Positions 40,567-53,086 of a stretch of DNA of 64,000 nucleotides are shown one piece after another. The stretch's first letter is position 1. Each line of letters opens with the position of its first letter. This DNA comes from Lytechinus pictus (taxonomy: Eukaryota). The position numbers and the translations under genes were made by a program. The notes under the pieces were generated by a model. It was not told the origin of the DNA. It saw only the letters and a program-made list of their open reading frames with translations, and ran no database searches. The DNA lies in NCBI RefSeq assembly GCF_037042905.1, contig NC_087263.1, positions 12,526,001 through 12,590,000 on the forward strand, read 5' to 3'.

Positions 40567-41627
40567 GCGGCGGCGGCGGCGGCGGCGTCAACACCAAATC
40601 TTAACCTGAGGTTAAGTTTTTGAAATGACAGCATAACTTAGAAAGTATATGGACCTAATTCATGAAACTTGGCCATAAGGTTAATCAAGTATTACTGAAC
40701 ATCCTGCCTGAGTTTCATGTCACATGACCATGGTCAATGGTCATTTAGGGTCAATGAACTTAGACCATGTTGGGGGAATCAACATCAAAATCTTAACCTA
40801 AGGTTAAGTTTTTGAAATGTCATCATAACTTAGAAAATATATGGACCTAGTTCATGAAACTTATACATAAGGTTAATCAAGTATCACTGAACATCCTGCA
40901 TGAGTTTCACGTCACATGACCAAGGTCAATGGTCATTTAGGGTCAATGAACTTTGGCCGAATTGGGGGTATCTGTAGATTTACCATCATAACTTTAAAAG
41001 TTTATGGATCTGATTCATGAAACTCGGACATAATAGTAATCAAGTATTACTGAACATCCTGTGCAAGTTTCAGGTCACATGATCAAGGTCAAAGGTCATT
41101 TAGGGTCAATGAACTTTGGTCAAATTGGGGTATTTGTTGAATTACCGCCATAACTTTGAAAGTGTGTTGGTCTAGTTCATAAAACTTGGACATAAGAGTA
41201 ATGAAGTATCACTGAAGATCCTTTGCGCATTTTAGGTCACATGACCAAGGTCAAAGGTCAATGAACTTTGGCCATAATGGGGGTATCTGTTGAATTACCA
41301 TCATAACTTGGAAAGTTGATGGATCTTTCTCTTGAAACTTGGACATAAGAGTAATCAAGTATCACTGAACATCCTGTGCGAGTTTCAGGTCACATGATCA
41401 AGGTCAAAGGTCATGTAAGGTCAATGAACTTTGGCCACGTTGGGGGTATTTGTTGAATTACCATCATATCTCTATAAGTGTATGGGTCTAGTTCATAAAA
41501 CGTGGAAATAAGAGTAACCAAGTATCACTGAACATCTTGTGCGAGTTATAGTAGTTTTCAAAATCAGCACTGCTGCTATATTGAATCGCGTGATGCAGGT
41601 GAGACGGCCAGAGGCATTCCACTTGTT
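40484..41627 (+). mobile_element. HINE/Helentron-associated element, copy 3
   Basis: Very similar to copy 1, with six internal repeats and an expanded interrupted (GGC)n. Confidence 0.87.
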
Positions 41628-43425
41628 TATAAATTAAATCAATAATGATGAATTACTTTTCTTGCATTTTCCAAACGTGACAAAGAAAGTCGTGACGAAA
41701 ATAGTAATGAATACAATTTAAAAAAAATCTAAGTATACACTAAATTGAAATTGAATTATGAATTAGAAAATTATTTCCTCTTGGGTAATGACAAAAAAGG
41801 CTACAACGTTCATGAAACTCAGAATAAGCGATAATAAACTAATGATCGAGCAAGGTAGAGTAGAAATAAACTACTCCTGATAGAAAATAGGATCTGCCAA
41901 TCTCTGTACACTTGACGTAGAGAATGGACATCACTTACCCAATGCAGAAACCTCCATAATCCCCGTACCAACTTGATTGACAAGATAACAGACGTAATAC
42001 CAGATTTCATTAAATACAATGATGTTGAAAATGTTCAGTTCCTGTTGCCGTAGAAACAAATGAAACAGAAATAATCAAAATATGCATCACTGTAATAAAT
42101 AAAATATATGAATTACGATCCAATTATATTGTGAGCATGGCCTCAAAATAAATCTGAGACACAGTTACCAATGAATTTTAAAAAATGGGTCCTTTTACCT
42201 AATGTAGGCTAACTCTTTGTTTGATCATTTTGCAAAAGAAATGTTTATTTTCTTTGATTGTAATGTTTGGATTTGAAATAAATAAGTAAACTTGAAAATG
42301 TGTTCGATCGGCCATATTTCTATAACCGAATCTGACCCCCCCCCCAAAAAAAAAAAATAACATGAAGCATAGATGTAGAAACATATATGCTTGCTGTAAT
42401 AAACCACTCAGTATTCAGAAATAAGAGAGAATGTCGGATCAAAAGTTCAATTTCGTGACCAAAATGTGCCCCCCCCCCCCTCTTCTGGCGTTGCCCCTGA
42501 TATCCTATGCATATTTCTGATATTCAATCACTGAAAAAAAATTATTAAACCTAGCATGCCAAATTTCTCGGAAAATTCAAACAAAATACATATATTTGTA
42601 TTTTTGAATAAAAAAAGTTTTCCGTACGAAAATGTTTTTGTTTTTTATTATAGCGATCAACGAGCGAACATCCTGTTGACAAAGATCATTAAACTGTCTA
42701 ACCCAATATCACAGAAGATTTAAAAAACAATCTGTAATTCAAATAAAATGAAGTTTTCTGTATTTCAATTCGTATTTTAAAAAAACGCGCGAAAAAAGAA
42801 ATATCATAGCGAACTTCGCACTTTCTGGATATCCTTGATTGGAGTGAGTGACGCCATAATCATGCGAGTTCTCATCTAGAACGATATTCCGTCCATTATA
42901 ATCATGTCGTAATATGTCAATAATTTTGATGACAGTCGACGTGTCTAATTGAATCGGAAAATCAGTGTAATTTAATGTTTGTCATGTGAATGACAGCAAC
43001 AGCCCCCCATCCCCCCCCCCCCCTGGTGACTAATGACGTTTTGAAGGTTTTTAATTGTCGGGTTCATTACTAACATGACTAATAGAGAGTTTTCGAACCG
43101 TGTCGCAGAACACTTTCAAGAAAATAGAAAATATGTTGTCAAATGCCCTCCATGACGATAAGCACACAAAGGGTCTTTGTCGACGATTGGTGAATCAAAA
43201 CAGCAGTTTCGTCCGGGACTCTGGACAAACGGCATAGTTTTCGTCAGCTGCGAAACTTAAAACGAAACTTTCGCTCCGGTTCACCTATTCTCAAGAAAGG
43301 CCTCAGAACTGGTTTTTTTCATTTTGGCTGACATTTTTAATATATTTACTGCGTTCTTGAATCCGTCGTGTGCCGTGGTGCGAAAACACGGTACTGCTTT
43401 GATTCCGCCAACGAAACCATGTTAA

Positions 43426-43935
43426 AGGGATGGCCCAGGCTGGATATTTTTATATCTCAATAAATAGGCCTAGAGTAAAATTCACAAAGAAAAATGCTGA
43501 AAGTTTCATCAAAATCGGATAACAAATAACAAAGTTATAGAATTTAAAGATTTGCATTATTCCGGTGAAACAGTTCTAAACATATCTTCATGAATAGTCA
43601 TTAGGTGGGCTGATGATGTCACATCCCCACTTGTTCTTTTGTATGTTATTATATAAAATTAGGTTTATTCACAAATTTTTCTACCAAGAACTAAAACAAT
43701 TGGATCGACGACTGATTAAGTGCATTAGTTATTTATTGCTGCAACTTAGTTCATCATAATGGAGACACATCATTTACACATATGTGAAAAAATGAAACAA
43801 TTATGATTTCATGTAATAACATACGAAAAGGGAAACTGGGGATATGACATCATCAGCCAACCTAATGACTATTCATGACGATGTGCATAACTGTTTTCAC
43901 AAAATATTGATAAACTTTAGAATTCAATAACTTTG
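43426..43935. mobile_element. Kolobok-type MITE, right end truncated
   Basis: ttaa|agggatggcccaggctg start; collinear with the 59314 copy. Confidence 0.7.
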
Positions 43936-44489
43936 CTTTAATATCGGGCAAAATGTATAAAAAGTTGCGAGCGATATTTTTAATCCAATTTTGTGATAGG
44001 TTTTGACATAATGCTCAGAAGATAATATCATATTTCACTCTTCCTTTTTTTAATTTCTTTCATCTTTTTCTCTTGGTTGTGATTTTTTTGTGGGGGGGGG
44101 GACAAGCGCCCCAAGACCCCCCCCCCCCCATCAGTACGCCGCTGCTGTTGTCGGTCTGAAGTCGGTATCGTCTGTGGGACTGGAGCACAAGCATGATCTT
44201 GGGAAGATACCTAAGGGAGGTTGCAACGAGGACAAATTATCTTTGGGGCATTTTTAAAGTTTGTCTCCCAGTGAAATTATCATTTTTTTTATTACAAACC
44301 TGACAATCAAACAATTACATAATCATGAACTGACAAATCAAGATTATCAGTATTAAAGTAAAAATGAGATGCATGCTTTTTATAATTACGGATTTCAACG
44401 CCATGTGAATATGCCTCCTAGGGTACAATACAATTTCACTATGTGTATGAGCCTCTTTGAGTACATTTACCTTTGAAAATAAAGTCAAT

Positions 44490-44730
44490 GTTTAAGGATC
44501 ATCCTACAGTACAGGGCACCTTTCATACAAATTACACACACACTCACACGATATTCAACACACATTCCACCCACCTCCACACACCATCATATATACATAC
44601 GTGTGTGTGGGGTGGTGGGTGTGTGTGAGGGGGAAGCCTGAGTTAATTTGTGTGGTTGAATGTGAGTGCGTGTGTGTGTAAATCATTTCAATTAAAGGGA
44701 GCTGTGCTCTTAGGGGATCATTAACACATA
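44490..44730. repeat. Imperfect palindrome with CA/TG-rich arms (MITE-like)
   Basis: cctacagtacagggcacctt...cacacactcac on the left versus gtgagtgcgtgtgtg...aagggagctgtgctcttagg on the right. Confidence 0.5.
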
Positions 44731-44819
44731 TGACTTATATTAAGGGGGAACTGGGTGTTATGGCATGCGCCTTTAATCCAATTAAGCTACATTTGAGAAG
44801 TTACAAATTGATGCACAGG

Positions 44820-44940
44820 TGAGAGGTTCGAGCCCTGGTCACGTCTTTCGGATGGTGACGTTAAAGGTCGGCCCCAGACGTAAATAATCATATTTTATTG
44901 ATACACGTCTGCTTAAACTCCTAACACACAAACACAGATA
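44820..44940 (+). mobile_element. 5'-truncated tRNA-derived SINE fragment
   Basis: B-box ggttcgagccc followed by ctttcggatggtgacgttaaaggtcggcccc and a CA-rich tail. Confidence 0.5.
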
Positions 44941-45562
44941 AACACTGTTTCCTAAGTGTATCATTTATATAGAGAATTTAGAGGGGACCTGTCCTTTAAC
45001 CGTTAAAATCCATGTAAAAGCATGCATCCATCCCTCCACAAACTCATCCAAATATGAAACATCAGCGCGCTGCAGCGCCATGCCGTTTAGTGTAAATAAT
45101 ATGCTTTTTATTACATAGATATACAATTTCTAATGATTTACGTTTATTTCTTCCTCTTGTCATGGATTAACAAAACAATAAATATTATCCCAATCATATT
45201 ATAAAGAACAATCAGCGGAAAAAAAGAAATTGTATACGAATGTACCCATTGCTTTAGATAATCATTAAAATTTATAAAAATTATTTAGGCTTACAGAACA
45301 CATTCTTCGATAACAATAGTGACAATTATGATTTTGTAATACGCCAATTAATCCACCATGTAGAGTGCCCAAGGCGCAATGAAAGAAAAATAAGAATACA
45401 GTCACGTAAAAAGACAGGACTCAAGCACAATAAATGATAGGATTATATGGGCGCGGCTACAGGTAACGTTAAATGTATCGACAAAACTGCACTCACGTAT
45501 TATTAAAAGGAACATACTAATAAGATGATGAATATTTATAGTGTAGCCACTATATAGATATA

Positions 45563-46383
45563 CAGTGCGTCCCACAAAAAAACGAAACCGAGATTTATCG
45601 ATGATTTATCATAACTTAATCACAAATACAATAGACAAATGACCTACCATTGTAAAGCTTAGAATCTCCTCTTTCATCTGAAATTACTTAGATTATCTCT
45701 CATTCACGCATGAGTGAGCAAAAACAATTTAAAGAGGGGATACCAAAAAGTCATTTGGCGGGCTGTATCTGGGTTTCAAAAAGAAAACCACATTTCTAAA
45801 AAGTTCAATATCTGCTCTTTAATTTGATACCTCAATTACAGAAAATGGTCAAGAAATAACAAAGTTCTGGTTATTTGAAATAAGGCTTGAATTTCAATAA
45901 TTTCATAAAATGAAAAGGTCTTACAGGCTAGCGTTCAAACTCACTCGACACTCCGTTTTGTTGACGATCAGCCATGCATGAAGTCTTTTGTTAACCATGC
46001 GATAGCTTCTGTGGGAAACCGGTGAAAACACGTTTATTTAATGAAATTATGGAAATACAAGCATTGTTTCGAGGGAACGTAACTTTTTTACTTCTTGACC
46101 ATTTTTTGTGATTAAGGTATCAAATTAAAGAGCAGATATTGAACTTTTTAGGCATGTGATTTTCTTTTTAAAATTCAGATACCCCCCGCCAAATGAGTTT
46201 TTGGTATCCCTTCTTCAAATTGTTTTTGCTCACTCATGCGTGAATGAGGAATAATCTAAGTAATATCAGATGAAAGAGGAGATTCTAAGCTTTACATTGG
46301 TAGGTCATTTGTCTATTGTATTTGTGATTAAGTTATGATAAATCATCGCTAAATCTCGGTTTCGTTTTTTCTGGGACGCACTG
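45563..46383. mobile_element. Tc1/mariner-type non-autonomous element with about 300-bp TIRs
   Basis: TA|cagtgcgtcccacaaaaaaacgaaaccgagattt ... aaatctcggtttcgtttttctgggacgcactg|TA; the arms match over about 300 bp. Confidence 0.92.
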
Positions 46384-46693
46384 TACAATACTGCGCTTTG
46401 GTAATCATCTTGCTTATACTACAAACTTAAAATGATGATCTACTTAAACGCTTCCTTACACAGTTGTGTTCGTCTTCAATGATGTTTCGAAAACAGGTAC
46501 AGTCTGGGCCATTCTAATTGAAATGGAAGTTGGTTCCATAGCTATAATACACAGTCTACGGGAGTTGCCTTTGTTTTAGAGTAGGGCATTTTCAAAAGAA
46601 ATCTATCATTAGCAGGGTGTGTGAGGATGATTGCATTTGCAAGCTACAAAGATGGACCAGCGTGTGTGGTGTGCAAAGGGTTCTATGGGGGAC

Positions 46694-46908
46694 CATAGGC
46701 GGCGGAAGCGGGGGGGGGGGGGGACGTGTCCCCCCCTAAATTTGAGATCCCCCCAAAATTTTTCGTTGATGACCTTTTTTTTTTTTGCTTGTCAAATTTT
46801 TTTGTCGGTCCCCCCTAAACATTTTGGTTGATATATTACTTTTTTTTTTTGCTTGTCAAAATTTTTTTGGTGGTCCCCCCCTAAATTGTTTGGCTTCCGC
46901 CGCCAATG
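46694..46908. mobile_element. hAT-type MITE
   Basis: TIR cataggcggcggaagc / gcttccgccgccaatg; 8-bp flanks tgggggac / tcggggac (one mismatch). Confidence 0.8.
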
Positions 46909-46925
46909 TCGGGGACTCATCCGGA

Positions 46926-47230
46926 CTTTTCGCATTTACTACGGGGAAACTCTCTACAACGCACCAATTCTTTTGAAAATGCAAGTCAAATCACAATAGA
47001 GAGATGAGAGGCTTTTGCCAAAAGTTGGTGGACCGGGACAGCATCGGAATCTCTTGACTCTGGACAACGACATATTACCAATTGTTCGTCCGGTGCACAT
47101 CTTCGGATGATCTGCTGTCCCAGTCCACGTACTATCGACAAAAGCCTCTCAGCTCTCCACTGTGATTTTAATTGCACTTTCAAAGGAATCGATGCGTTGT
47201 AGAGAGTATCCCTGTAGTAAATGTGAAAAC
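46926..47230. mobile_element. Palindromic MITE-like element
   Basis: tttcgcatttactacggggaaactctctacaacgca / tgcgttgtagagagtatccctgtagtaaatgtgaaa, with pairing continuing toward the centre. Confidence 0.7.
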
Positions 47231-48470
47231 AACCTATTGATCGTTCGTACGGAGAAATAGAGATATATTCGTTTTAGAGTTTACTCAGTTAAATCCATGC
47301 AAGATTTAGAGACACTCACTTCAGTGAGTAACATTTTCAGCCATGATAAATGTACAATTATAACTTTATAAGGCTGGGGCTTGCATTTTTGCATTAGACT
47401 TATTTGCTTTAAAAGGAAGATAAAGTAAGATATAGAGGAGTGATAATTGAACGACGAAAACGAAATAATGTAGGCCCGCCCACACAACCCTGTGGTACAT
47501 CACGATTGAGAGGCATGTTGCTCAATTTGCAATCATTGATATGGACAATTTGTGACAATTCTTACCTCTAATACCGAATGAATGGAGAATGTTAAGCAGA
47601 CAAAAGGTTAATATCACAGTATCGAACAATAAGCCTAAAAGGGTACCATTTCATTTCATTTAGGTTTTATATCCACAAATCCGTCACGTTACAAAATTTC
47701 GATGTAATAACATAATTATGCTAAACAATTACATATCATAAATACGGAATATAATAAAGCATAAATTACAGTAATACGAAACAAAAATAAAGTGCATAAA
47801 AGGGAAAATTGGAGGAATGCTTGTAGAGAAGGTTTCTTTTTTTTACCAAAGGAGAAAGGTTCTCTTTCTTGTAGAGAAGGTTCTCTTTCTTTCCCCATAT
47901 ATCATTTTTTTTTAATTGCGTCTTTGAAGCATCAATAAATAAAATTCCATTTTCATACACCAATCAATTAAAAATTACAGTCACACTGTACCACACTTTG
48001 GGAAATGTGTAGCACGTCGTTCCAATACCACATGGTATTATTAAAATGTCAAATAATCCCCACATTTTTAAAAAGCTAGATGTGGTGTGTCTTTGATCCA
48101 TAAGGGGTGACATGGTGCGACATAATAGTAGCCTTGGAAACAATACTAAAAACAGTACTCCAATAGACCGTTTTCTCCTGATACTACCTGATACTATTCG
48201 GGAAAATATCATCAAAACTATCAAAAATGACTAGATTTACCTTTATTTGAAAGTGTATAAGGTGTGTTCTCTCTCTCATAGAGGACCTTTGAAGCGCTCA
48301 TGGCGGATTTTGAATAATAATTTGAAATTGTTGCACTTCTATTCATTTATTTTCATTTCAGTGAAATTAATTGGTTTTATCTTTTATGCATTCCAAAAGG
48401 ACATAATCGAATACAGGCTTACACACCAGACTATTTGCATTATCGTTGAACTGATTGAACCATTCGGAAT

Positions 48471-49580
48471 TCACGATTGTACAGCCTGCTTTGTCGACTC
48501 ATTGAAGGTATCTGCGGAGGATGGTTGGCCAGTGGGACCCTCCTTGGGACGCAGATGGCACACCTTTCGCAGCATCAACAGCGCCCTCTTCCGAAAAGAA
48601 ACACTTGTCAAGATGTAGACAGGTACGTTCCACCAGCAACTGCTTATGATTGCGAACACGGATATGAAATAGATGACGTCATATCCTGTCTCAGACCAAC
48701 TTGGCTGAAAAAGCAGCGCGGAAAGAGCAATCACAAAAGGCGCGATGGAGAAATAAAAGAGGAAGGTTATAACGACCACTGTCCTCAGACCTTTGGGTAG
48801 ACGACGACATGTGCATCTGCTTTTGCTACCTTCTCCGTTGACGCTTGCATTCAGTTTTCGTGGCTGATTAACAAGTTTATCGGGGCGCCCTCTACGTTTT
48901 TTGCTGGCCAAAATCAGGAGACGCACATTGGTGTAGGTGAGAACGACCACGGGGATGGCCGTCAAGAGCGCCAGGAAGATTAGCGAGGCCGTTGCTGCAG
49001 TGGACAAAGCGTCTTTATCGATGACCACGCTAAAGAATGATCTTGATTCACACATGGTCTCAAAAATCGATTTTAATGGGAAGTTGTCGAGAGGTAGAAG
49101 GATAAGCGAAATGCAGATGATGATGATCTTGGTGACGCCGAGGGTGATGCGTACGCGCTTCACACTCGCAATCCGTAGGTACAAGAACGGGTAGCTGACG
49201 GCAGTGAACCGCTGTAGGTTCATCAGACACACATGGACTAATGAGCTGAAGATCATGCAGCTGCACGCAAAAGGCATGTACATACAAGCCGTATAACTGT
49301 AGGGGAAATCCCGGAAGTAAAAAACGATTCCTTCAAGGACGGACACCGTGAGTCCTGTACAGATGTCCGTAGTCGCCAGGCTCCGGAACAGCAGAACCGT
49401 GACGTCATCGAAGATATCCTTACCCCTTTTGAGCACGGCGAAAAGGAAGAGATTGAAGACGACGGTCAGAAGGCCGAGGAGACAAAACACTACCATCTGC
49501 AAGAGTTCCAATAGGCCAAGTTCGTGGTAGTCGTCATGACTGCCGGTTAAAGAACTCGTCGATGTATTGTTCAGGTCCAT
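48471..49580 (-). CDS. Rhodopsin-family (class A) GPCR, 369 aa, single coding exon, orphan/chemosensory-like
   Basis: Seven hydrophobic segments and an N-terminal N-glycosylation site (NTS). Motifs: TM2 LATTD, end of TM3 NLQRFTAVSYP, TM6 FYFSIAPF, TM7 WNVPVY followed by helix 8 SFRK. Confidence 0.92.
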   Translation of the reverse strand: MDLNNTSTSSLTGSHDDYHELGLLELLQMVVFCLLGLLTVVFNLFLFAVLKRGKDIFDDVTVLLFRSLATTDICTGLTVSVLEGIVFYFRDFPYSYTACMYMPFACSCMIFSSLVHVCLMNLQRFTAVSYPFLYLRIASVKRVRITLGVTKIIIICISLILLPLDNFPLKSIFETMCESRSFFSVVIDKDALSTAATASLIFLALLTAIPVVVLTYTNVRLLILASKKRRGRPDKLVNQPRKLNASVNGEGSKSRCTCRRLPKGLRTVVVITFLFYFSIAPFVIALSALLFQPSWSETGYDVIYFISVFAIISSCWWNVPVYILTSVSFRKRALLMLRKVCHLRPKEGPTGQPSSADTFNESTKQAVQS

Positions 49581-50094
49581 TGAGGATTATATCTGTAAAA
49601 ACAATGATTTTTTTTTTTAAATTGAATTGTGTAGATTTCGCGCAGGGGGTCACTTCCGTTGGAAAGCGTTAAAAACGCCAAAAATCAGAAAAGACCCCTA
49701 AATCACAATGGCCTAAAACGCAAATCTGGGAAATCTGCACAGAAATCTTTGTTCAGAGTGCAAACCTGGGACATCTGCAGAAAATATGCGTTTAGAGTGT
49801 CCTAGCGGCATGCCCTCGGGGGAGATTCTGTCACCGATATAATTATATCCAGATCATTGAATCACTAAGCCAACAAATGAGATTTGGAATGAAATCTGGA
49901 GAATCAGAAAACAAAAGCCTTAATTGGATGAAGATAGAATTGTTCTATAGGGAATTGAAATCCGAGAACCCCCCCCCCCCTCCTCTCCAATCACCCTCCA
50001 CCCATGCAAGAACGAATTACGTAATTACACTGCTTGGTTGCTTTCGTAACCTTCTCAGTTACAGTTTGAATATAATTCTATAATTCATTTGGCA

Positions 50095-50815
50095 CAGAGG
50101 CGTCGATCCTGGGGGGGGCGATCGCCCAACCAATGAAAATATTTGGGGGGGGGGGGGCAAACGTATCGTTTTGCCCCCCCCCCCCCCAATAATTCCGCAT
50201 GTGCAAAAATATAAAAAGTTTGTAATGTTACACAGAAATCACCAAGCGAGATTGAGATACACAACTCGTTTTTTATTTAAAATCGTGCTCAAAATGTCCG
50301 CTTTTCAGATTGGAATATAAAAATTTTCAGCTCGCGCTTCGCGCTCGCATCATTTCTGTAGCAAAAACCCATACTTTTCATGATTAAATAGATGAATAGA
50401 ATGTCCCGTTCTAAATCTCAAAAGTAACTCCCGCTTCGATTGGCACTAATATTTTGTTGGATTGGATATATATCTTGTTCTTTATTAAAAACGTCCATTA
50501 AATTGTCAATTTTTTCAGATCGAAATATCAAAATTTTCTGCTCGCGCTTCGCGCTCGCATCTATTGTTGTTTTAGATACCCAACTTAATCATTGGTACCA
50601 AAAATGCTTAGAATATCAAGCTTTCAGGTCAGAATATAAAAAAATGTATTCGACACTCGCATTTACTGTGTAGTGAGATATGTATCCTCCTCATGAGTTA
50701 CTACAGTCCTAAACAGGTACCTTCTTCCGGTTTTCAAGTCAGTATAAAAATTTCAGCTCGCGCTTCGCGCTCGCGTTAATTTGTTGGTGAGATATGTGTC
50801 TCTTTCTCATGAGTC

Positions 50816-50852
<37 letters not shown>

Positions 50853-50976
50853 CATATGTGTGTGTGAGGGTGTGTGTGTGTGGGTTCGTTTGTTTTGTGT
50901 GGTCGAGTGCCTTTGGAAAGTTGATTCATGATTTTGCCCCCCCCCCCCCGATCTGAAAAATGGATCGACGCCCCTG
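50095..50976. mobile_element. hAT-type non-autonomous element upstream of the GPCR
   Basis: TIR cagaggcgtcgatcc / ggatcgacgcccctg; perfect 8-bp TSD atttggca (50087-50094, 50977-50984); internal repeated gctcgcgcttcgcgctcgc; (TA)(GA)(TG) microsatellite. Confidence 0.9.
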
Positions 50977-51150
50977 ATTTGGCATGGTATTTTTGTAACA
51001 CCCAAGAATAGTAAAAAGGTATAATCATGGTGTAAACAGACAAATCTATTTAAACCAGTACATAAATTCAATTAATATAGCCAAGGGCGGTGATAGTCAC
51101 TGACCGGGTATTTGGATGGCGGAGAGAAAGGCGACATTATAATGACTTAA

Positions 51151-51453
51151 AGGGATGGTCCGGGCTGAAAATATTTATATCTTAATACATAGAGTAGAAT
51201 TCACGGAGCAAAATGCCGAAAATTTCATCAAAATTGGATGAAAAATGATAAAGTTATTTGAGTCTAAAGTTTAGCAATATTTTGTGAAAACAGTCATCAT
51301 GAATATTCATTAGGTGGGCTGATGATGTCACATCTCCTCTTTCCGTTTTCTTATGTTATTTGTTATCCGATTTTGATGAAATTTTTGGCATTTTGCTTAG
51401 TGAATTCTACTCTATTTATTAAGCAATAAATACTTTCAGCCCGGGCCGTCCCT
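51151..51453. mobile_element. Kolobok-type MITE, internally deleted
   Basis: ttaa|agggatggtccgggctgaaa ... tttcagcccgggccgtccct|ttaa. Confidence 0.85.
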
Positions 51454-51754
51454 TTAACTCTTTCACTTAAAGTCGTATATATTTACACTACCCATTTTTA
51501 TTACTTTTTAATTTTTTTCTGTTACAAATCTCCTTATTCTGCCCCCACCTTTCCCCATGTTTTCACTGAGAATACATAGGGGCGATGGCCCCCACTGCGT
51601 GCACCCCGGTGTCGCCGCGCCTTGAACATATAGGTCTTTAAAAGGAATCAGCTAGAAAATGTATTAAGGATGATAAAATAAATAACAGATCGAAACAAAC
51701 TCGGCGATTTCGTGAGATAGGGTACTGTACATTATTCGAAAAATAAGGGGGGGT

Positions 51755-52032
51755 GGTACGGGAAAGAACGCACTTTCCCACAGTGTATATGTTCACAGAA
51801 TGGAACACAATGTGAAATGACCTTCACACTTTTGAAATTGTGCATTTCAGCAATATGAATCACATAGTCACACTGTCGACCATGTGAACACGCAGTGAAC
51901 CGTCACACTGTCGAGGTGTCCAGTGTGAAAATATCTCCACACTGTTGAATTTGAGCATTTTAACAGTGTGAATTATATTTTAACATAGTCCACTTTGTAA
52001 ACACACAGTGATCACACTGTGTTCTTTCCAGC
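51755..52032. mobile_element. MITE with repeated cacactg/cagtgtg motifs
   Basis: Imperfect TIR ggaaagaacgcac / gtgttctttcc. Confidence 0.5.
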
Positions 52033-52861
52033 AAAAAAAAAAAAAGGGGGGGGGGGGCTTCTCCGCCTATGGACCTATTACTAGTAGGTCCATGCCCCGC
52101 CGAACAATATAGTAATACACTGATTTATGAATTTGCAGTGAAAGAAGATAAACTGGTAGGTCGGTGAAAGGATCTATTTCTCATAAAGATCAAAGAAAAA
52201 TATTCATGAACCAAATACATGCGGTTTCTGCAGTTGAATTCGCCTTACTGTTTTCAAAGAGGTCTAATGTTTATACAAGAAATAAATACGACAGATTTGT
52301 AATGATATAAGCGAGTGTGGATACTAACTTAAAATATAAAAAGAGTATGAAAAAACCAATACTCACTGTGCTAAACTGACGATTTATACAAGATGCTTGG
52401 ATGCGTGTTATGCAGGAAAAAAAAGATCTGTGGACGAGATTGCTTTTTAAAAGATTCTGAGCTGACCGACGATATTCAAACCGAAAAAAACGAAAAAATA
52501 TAAAAGGTTCAGGAAAAGTAAACATTAATTTTGATGGCTTGTACGACTGGTGAGAAGAATTCAAGTGCATAGCTAATAGAGATACTTCTCAGAAAAAAAG
52601 CGAGCAATTGCGAAAGTTTCAACCCACCCTATTTGCGTGGTTACCATACTAATTGGTATCAAGCCATTAATATATCATTATAATCTTATATTTTAACTCC
52701 AAAGTATATGACCAAATAATCGAGGTGAAGGTGGCCGCGTGAAATAATATAAGGGGCGGCATCAGTGTGTTTTTATATAGTGGGGGCGGCGCTGTGCCCG
52801 CGAGGTAAATAATAATTAGGCCCATTTAAATAGCGCAGCTACTATAACTGCGCTTGATACT

Positions 52862-53086
52862 TATGCTATTATATTATTACCCCGGCTGTAGCTGAGCCGC
52901 CATATAGGCGCTATTAAGCATTCAAGGAATAAATCCTACCGGGTACCCATTCACCTCACCTGGGTCGAGTGCAGCACAATGTGTGTAAAGTTCTTGCTGA
53001 AGGAAAACTCGCCATGGCCGGGATTCAAACCCACGTCCCTCTGATTGAAAGACAAGAGTCGTAACCACTATAGACCACGACGTCCC
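52862..53086 (-). mobile_element. tRNA-derived SINE
   Basis: On the minus strand: A-box tggtctatagtgg, B-box ggtttgaatcc, body ccttcagcaag...gacccaggtgaggtgaatgggtacc, and a (TAA)-rich tail. Confidence 0.8.

Noticed and set aside
48247..49530. Plus-strand ORFs overlapping the GPCR
   Set aside because: Antisense shadows of the GPCR coding sequence with no recognisable motifs.
52990..53086. tRNA gene
   Set aside because: A and B boxes are present, but the sequence continues into a SINE body and tail and no clean cloverleaf is evident.
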